Positions 59,267-64,000 of a stretch of DNA of 64,000 nt are shown piece after piece. The stretch lies in assembly GCA_963724765.1 (NCBI GenBank), contig CAVRVY010000003.1, forward strand, positions 320,001-384,000, written 5' to 3'. Source of the stretch: an uncultured delta proteobacterium. Lineage in GTDB: Bacteria; Desulfobacterota; Binatia; Binatales; Binataceae. Position numbers and translations under genes: made by a program. Within the stretch, counting starts at the first letter, position 1. Every line of letters starts with the position of its first letter. The notes beneath the pieces were generated by a model. It saw only the letters and a program-made list of their open reading frames with translations. It was not told the DNA's origin and made no database searches.

Positions 59267-60025
59267 CTACGGGCTGTCGCTCGAGCCCTCTGGAATCACC
59301 GGGGCTGTCGGCTGCACGAAGTCCGGACTTACGTTGCAGCACAGAACGTAGCTGGTTCCGGCGCGCGGCTCCGCCTCGTAGCCGTCGAGTGTGCCGTCCG
59401 CCTCAACCCTCACGGCCTCGTAGCTCAGGGTCCCCGAGGCACGCTGGGCGGTGAATATGTAGTAGTGCCCGGGTTCGAGCGGCTCGGGCGGACCGCTATC
59501 CGGGGTGACTTGCGCGAAATTCGCGGGCGGCTTGCCGTAGCTGACGGACTTGGTCGCGAACTTCTCGCCCGAGCCCAACACCGGCAGCTTCGAGAACACC
59601 CCGGTGTCCGCCTTTATCTCCCACACCGTCACCCCGCCATCGAAGCGGATGATCGACGCCACGTGCTGCGCGTCGATGCTGCGCGATTCGATCATTTCCG
59701 TGCCGTTGAATTTCGACACGCTGAGCGAAGCCAGGTAATCGCCATTGTGCGCGTAGGAAATAGCGACCGTGGCGCCGGGCGGAGGCGGATTTGCCTCGCC
59801 ACTCGCGCCGCCCTCGGCCGGCGCGTTATCGGCGGGACTGCTCTCGGCGGCGGGGACTCCTTCAGCCGGACTGCTCTCAGCCGACGGAGAGGCCTCGGCG
59901 GAAGCCTCAGCGGAGGGCTCGGCCGACGCGCCGGCGCTGGCCGGTTTGCCGCGATTCAGCATCGAGCACGCGGCGAACGCGATCGCCGCGCCGATCACCA
60001 TCAAGCGCCAAGCTACGCGCCGCAT
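59267..60025 (-). CDS. Lipoprotein with Ser/Ala/Pro/Glu-rich linker
   Basis: Lipobox FAAC after the hydrophobic segment; SAEPSAEASAEASPSAESSPAE linker. Confidence 0.8.
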   Translation of the reverse strand: MRRVAWRLMVIGAAIAFAACSMLNRGKPASAGASAEPSAEASAEASPSAESSPAEGVPAAESSPADNAPAEGGASGEANPPPPGATVAISYAHNGDYLASLSVSKFNGTEMIESRSIDAQHVASIIRFDGGVTVWEIKADTGVFSKLPVLGSGEKFATKSVSYGKPPANFAQVTPDSGPPEPLEPGHYYIFTAQRASGTLSYEAVRVEADGTLDGYEAEPRAGTSYVLCCNVSPDFVQPTAPVIPEGSSDSP

Positions 60026-60088
60026 GATCGGGCCCTCAGATCGCGACTGCATCGTCTGGTACGGCTTCCCAGCGGGGTACGACATCAT

Positions 60089-60598
60089 CTACTGGCTAAA
60101 CTCGATCGGCTGGCCGCACGCGTAACCGCCGGCATTATAATCGTAAACCATGCGTCCGCCGTAGTCGGCGCCCTTGGCGATAAGCGCCGCCACCAGCACT
60201 AGCATCGCGAGAAAGGCGCTCCGGCCCCGCACCGGCATCGGCCGCGCCGCGATCGCCCACAGCGCCAGCGCCGCGCTCATTATCGTCACCGCGATCATCA
60301 GGCGCTTGTGATACGCGAGCAGCGCTGCCTTGACCGACGGCGCGAGCATCACGCCGGGCGCGGCGTAGAGTCCGGTGGCGAAGGCCGCCGCCGCGCCGAG
60401 CGCGCCGAGGCCCAGCGTCCACAAGCCGCTCCATTGCCATGCTTCGCGCCGCGCCAGAAAACCCAGCCAGTAAATCAGCGTCGCCGCGAACAGCAGACCT
60501 ATCGGGAAGTGGACGACCAACGGATGGATGTTCTGCAGATGCTGCGCGCCGGGAAATGAGAACAGATGCGTCGCCGTCCGGAGCAGATCGGCTAACAC
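60089..60598 (-). CDS. DUF2231-like membrane protein
   Basis: HPLVVHFPIGL, ATGL, H in YHKR, GGRMVY. Confidence 0.8.
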   Translation of the reverse strand: MLADLLRTATHLFSFPGAQHLQNIHPLVVHFPIGLLFAATLIYWLGFLARREAWQWSGLWTLGLGALGAAAAFATGLYAAPGVMLAPSVKAALLAYHKRLMIAVTIMSAALALWAIAARPMPVRGRSAFLAMLVLVAALIAKGADYGGRMVYDYNAGGYACGQPIEFSQ

Positions 60599-60602
60599 CG
60601 GA

Positions 60603-60965
60603 TCATTTCACCGAGTCGACGGTCAGAAACTCGACCCCGCCCTTGGAGTACGACTTACCCGTGACCGTTACTTCCTTCTCCATGTTCTTCATCACGTCGC
60701 CGGGTAGCGCCTGCTCGTTCTTGGGCGGCAGCAGGATATACATCTTCTCGGTGCCCTTTTCGACCAGTCCGACCGGGATGCCCTTCTGCGCGCACTTGAG
60801 CGCGCACTGCGCATGTCCCGCCCCGTGAGCGCCAAGCGCGCTGTAACAGAATGTGTCTTCCAGGTTGCCCGTGACCGATTTCTGCGCGTCAGCCGCCATC
60901 GCCGTCTGGCCGGCCATTCCGATGGCCATCACGGCGCCCATCGCAGCAATCACGATTTTTCGCAT
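60603..60965 (-). CDS. Small secreted Cys/His protein (possible metal binding)
   Basis: Signal peptide; DTFCY..HGAGHAQCALKCAQKGIP; EVTVTG. Confidence 0.75.
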   Translation of the reverse strand: MRKIVIAAMGAVMAIGMAGQTAMAADAQKSVTGNLEDTFCYSALGAHGAGHAQCALKCAQKGIPVGLVEKGTEKMYILLPPKNEQALPGDVMKNMEKEVTVTGKSYSKGGVEFLTVDSVK

Positions 60966-61133
60966 AGGCCCCTACTCCGTTTTTGCGTTCGCAGCGGTGT
61001 TCTTGCGTCCTCCACTATCTCCATACGCTGCATGCCATCACAAGGGTTACGGGTAACGACGGCGCGAGAGCCGCGGAATCCAGCCCGGGCGGCGAAAATG
61101 GACATTGACTGTACGACCGCGCCCTCAGGCGAG

Positions 61134-62045
61134 CTAGCGGCGGACCGAACGCGCTTCGACCGGCGATGCGACGGTGCCGAACTCTTCGTCCCATCGCGCG
61201 CGCCGGCGTGGACGCACTGGGCCACCGAGCTGCTTCAAATGGCGCGCCAGGACGTCGTGCAACTGCTGGTCGAGACGTTCGAGGTCGGCCTCTTCGGGGA
61301 TCCTGGGCCGCTCATGATCCTCGGATATGCCCCGCCGCCGCCGGCCGTAAAGCTCCTGCATCCGCAGCTCCGCCTTGGCCAATATCGCCCGGTAGCGCTG
61401 GTCCAGCCGGCGCAGCGATTCGTTGAGGTCGGCGATCGCAATGAAGCGCCGCCGCAGCAGGAACCATTCGAGCACCGCCAGCGCCGCCACGCCGAGCAGT
61501 AGCAACGAGACGATGACCGCGCTGTAGACGGCGCCGCGCCACCACGGCAGCATTCGCACATCGTGCGTCAGGTCCCGATTGCCAGCGGTGAGCTGCCGCA
61601 CCTGTGCCTTAAGGTCGGTCTGCGCCGCGGTCGCGCTGTCAGCGCGCTTTTGCAGATCAGCAAGCTGGTCGTTGAGCTTTTGATTTTCGGTGGTCAACTC
61701 GCGCATCCGCGCCGAGAACGGATTGGGAATCCGCAACGTCTGACCAACCATCAGGGTCGAATCAAGTTCGAGCCGGTTGGCGTGCGCGATGTCGGCAGCC
61801 TGAATGCCAAAAGTCGCGGCGATCGAACCGAGCGAATCGCCCGACCGCACACTGTAGGAAAATTCCCCGCCGCGGTGGACCGGAGCGGGAGCCGTCTCCT
61901 GCGCTGAATCCTGCGAAGCGCTGGTAGTATCGGTCGCAGTCGAGGACGACGCCGAGGTGTCGTCTTGAGCGTAACTTGGGGAGGATACCGCCAGGCACAG
62001 GGCCGACAAGACGAGGACGGTTACGAATACCAACGGGAATTTCAT
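61134..62045 (-). CDS. LysM domain, coiled-coil, membrane-anchored protein
   Basis: Signal peptide, YSVRSGDSLGSIA..ANRL...LMVGQTLRIP, coiled coil, TM helix. Confidence 0.88.
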   Translation of the reverse strand: MKFPLVFVTVLVLSALCLAVSSPSYAQDDTSASSSTATDTTSASQDSAQETAPAPVHRGGEFSYSVRSGDSLGSIAATFGIQAADIAHANRLELDSTLMVGQTLRIPNPFSARMRELTTENQKLNDQLADLQKRADSATAAQTDLKAQVRQLTAGNRDLTHDVRMLPWWRGAVYSAVIVSLLLLGVAALAVLEWFLLRRRFIAIADLNESLRRLDQRYRAILAKAELRMQELYGRRRRGISEDHERPRIPEEADLERLDQQLHDVLARHLKQLGGPVRPRRRARWDEEFGTVASPVEARSVRR

Positions 62046-62181
62046 GGTCCTGATGCTGATCGCATGCGTCACGGAACCTCTACCAGCGTAAATGCAAGCA
62101 GGTGGAGATGCAAACCGGAATGTGCAAGAAACAGGCTGTGGCCCGTTTTATTCGGCCCAGACATGGTTTTCCTGCCTCATC

Positions 62182-62928
62182 CTAACCGGCCGCGCGCCGG
62201 CGCATCAAGGTCAGAAACTCCTGATTGCCGGCAGCTCCGCGAATCGGCGCTTCGATCGCGCCCGCCACTTCGAGGCCTAATCCCGTGGCAAACTCCAGCA
62301 CTTCGTCGACCGCCCGGCGGCGCTCCGCATCGTCACGCACCACCCCGCCCTTGCCTACTTTGCCCTTGCCAACCTCGAACTGCGGCTTGATGAGCGCGAC
62401 GATTTCAACCAGCGGGGCGCTCAACTCGAGCACCGCGGGCAGTACGCGGCGCAGCGAGATAAAGCTCACGTCGATGACCACGATTTCGGGCGCATAAGGC
62501 AGACTGCCGGCCTCAACGAGGCGGATATTGGTGCGGTCGAGCACCGTCACTCGCGAATCACGGCGCAACCGCTCGGCGATTTGCCCATAGCCGACGTCGA
62601 GCGCGACCACGTGGGCGACGCCGCGGCGCAGCAGCACGTCGGTGAAGCCGCCAGTCGAAGCGCCGACGTCCATCGCGCGGCGCCCCGCGGGATCGACGCC
62701 GAAATGGTCGAGTGCGGCGGCGAGCTTTATTCCGCCGCGGCTTGCGTACTCGGGCGATCCGCCGACCAGCGCTATCGTGCTCTGCTCATCGACGCTCTGG
62801 TCGGCCTTGAGCGCGGGCTGCGAATTGACCCGCACTCGCCCGGCCATGATCAGGCGCTGCGCGCCCTCGCGGCTGGGCGCCAAGCCGCGCCGCGCCATCT
62901 CGAGGTCAAGCCGCCGCCGCGTCGCCAT
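62182..62928 (-). CDS. tlyA: TlyA-family rRNA 2'-O-methyltransferase
   Basis: S4 domain, SRGGIKL, DVGASTGGFTD, DVSFISL, IKPQFE, GNQEF. Confidence 0.95.
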   Translation of the reverse strand: MATRRRLDLEMARRGLAPSREGAQRLIMAGRVRVNSQPALKADQSVDEQSTIALVGGSPEYASRGGIKLAAALDHFGVDPAGRRAMDVGASTGGFTDVLLRRGVAHVVALDVGYGQIAERLRRDSRVTVLDRTNIRLVEAGSLPYAPEIVVIDVSFISLRRVLPAVLELSAPLVEIVALIKPQFEVGKGKVGKGGVVRDDAERRRAVDEVLEFATGLGLEVAGAIEAPIRGAAGNQEFLTLMRRRAAG

Positions 62929-62946
62929 CAGCCCCCGGCGCTCCAC

Positions 62947-63261
62947 TCAAAATGGGATGTCTTCGTCGTCGACTTTCTTGTCGCCGTCTTTCCTGTTCTC
63001 GTCCTGCTTGTTGGCACCTTCGGCCTTGGCGGCGGCAGGGTCGTAAGGCGTAGTCTTGAGCTCGCCCTGCGCGTTGCGCATCAGCAGTTCGACTTTGCGC
63101 TCGACCTCGTCGAGCTTCTGGTTGAGCGAGCGGACCAGGCCGACGCCGCGCTCGAAGGCGCCAATCGAATCCTCCAGCGAGAGCTCGCCGGAGTCGATTT
63201 GACCGACGATTCCCTCGAGATCCTTGAGCTCGTCTTCGAACTTTCTGCGGCTGGTGGCCAT
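62947..63261 (-). CDS. xseB: Exodeoxyribonuclease VII small subunit
   Basis: FEDELKDLEGIV..ELSLEDSIGAFERG..L.EVERKV. Confidence 0.93.
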   Translation of the reverse strand: MATSRRKFEDELKDLEGIVGQIDSGELSLEDSIGAFERGVGLVRSLNQKLDEVERKVELLMRNAQGELKTTPYDPAAAKAEGANKQDENRKDGDKKVDDEDIPF

Positions 63262-63293
63262 CGCTTACCCTCGGGATGTAACGCGCGCGCGCC

Positions 63294-64000
63294 TCAGGTT
63301 TGGCGCGCGATGGTGCGAGCGCGCAAGCGGCCGCGGCTTAGCCGCAGGTCGAGTTCGTCGCCGACCTCGACCTCGGCGGCGTCGACCACGGCGCGGCCGT
63401 CGCGCAGGTTTATCGCCACGGCGTATCCGCGCTCGAGCACTTTTAGCGGCGAGATGGAGTCCAGGCGCGCCGCCAGCGCCGCCAGCTCGGCGCCGCGGCG
63501 ACCCCGCGCGCGTTCCATCGCCGCGCCCAGGCGTACCGCTGCGGCCGCGACGGCGGCCCGCCTGCGCTCGGCCATCGCGCGCGGCGCCGCCTCGCCCAAC
63601 CGCCCGGCCATCGCGTCGATACGCATCCGCATCCGCGCGACGCGCGCGTCCGTCGCCTGCGCCAGGTGAAGCGCGACGCGCTCCGCCCCGAGGCGCAGCG
63701 CGCGCACGAGCGCGCCGGGCGGCACCAGGTGCGCCGCCAGCGCACCGACGTGACGGCGGCGATCGCCAAGATGCGAGGCGAGCGCCGCGGCCAGCTCGGC
63801 CGCGGCTTCGTCCACGCGCTGGCGCGCCTGACGCAGCGCCGCACGCGGCTCGCGCAAGCGCGCGTTGAGCTGGCCGACGCGGTGGCGATGGTCCGACAGC
63901 GCGCTTACCACGGCGCCGTTGAGCGTCGCCGCGGTCTCGTCCAGGCGCCGGCGCAGCCCGGCCTTGTCCGGCACCACGAGCTGCGCGGCGGCGGTCGGCG
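63294..64000 (-). CDS. xseA: Exodeoxyribonuclease VII large subunit (C-terminal part; 5' end outside window)
   Basis: PTAAAQLVVPD at the window edge, LDSISPLKVLERGYA; directly upstream of xseB. Confidence 0.92.
   Translation of the reverse strand, partial: PTAAAQLVVPDKAGLRRRLDETAATLNGAVVSALSDHRHRVGQLNARLREPRAALRQARQRVDEAAAELAAALASHLGDRRRHVGALAAHLVPPGALVRALRLGAERVALHLAQATDARVARMRMRIDAMAGRLGEAAPRAMAERRRAAVAAAAVRLGAAMERARGRRGAELAALAARLDSISPLKVLERGYAVAINLRDGRAVVDAAEVEVGDELDLRLSRGRLRARTIARQT

Overview
High-GC bacterial chromosomal window. The gene content (tandem DUF1329 proteins, several luciferase-like LLM oxidoreductases, a LolA-like protein, a sigma-54 regulator) resembles Candidatus Binatota or similar soil lineages; this is inference only. 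By eye the left ~26 kb is less GC-rich and looks accessory and partly decayed. It carries a tRNA-Ala(GGC) 3'-half att-like site (1579-1622). It also has a minus-strand unit of promoter, leader ORF 1, dksA-like gene, leader ORF 2, RND permease, internally deleted RND paralogue, MFP and TolC. Then come a Crp regulator, an amide/C1 catabolic cluster (RidA, GFA, small subunit plus atypical amidase, GATase, purU, folD, C-N hydrolase, deacetylase) and several gene remnants. The right ~38 kb is more core-like: a CGNR regulator with a triple operator, ppk1, two DUF1329 genes, yqjG, an orphan DUF2063 gene, a TPP enzyme, a CoA-transferase/acetoacetate-CoA ligase/MaoC/CitE operon, LLMs, NtrC plus Hpt, hrcA, a VWA protein, secreted and membrane proteins, tlyA, xseB and partial xseA. 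The most novel-looking signal is the pair of ~115-aa membrane-targeted leader ORFs ending in an RRIP motif. Each carries an anti-Shine-Dalgarno sequence ~125 nt before the SD of the next gene, suggesting a ribosome-dependent translational attenuation system. No CRISPR array, intact tRNA/rRNA, integrase or transposase was seen. All product calls come from motif recognition, without database searches.
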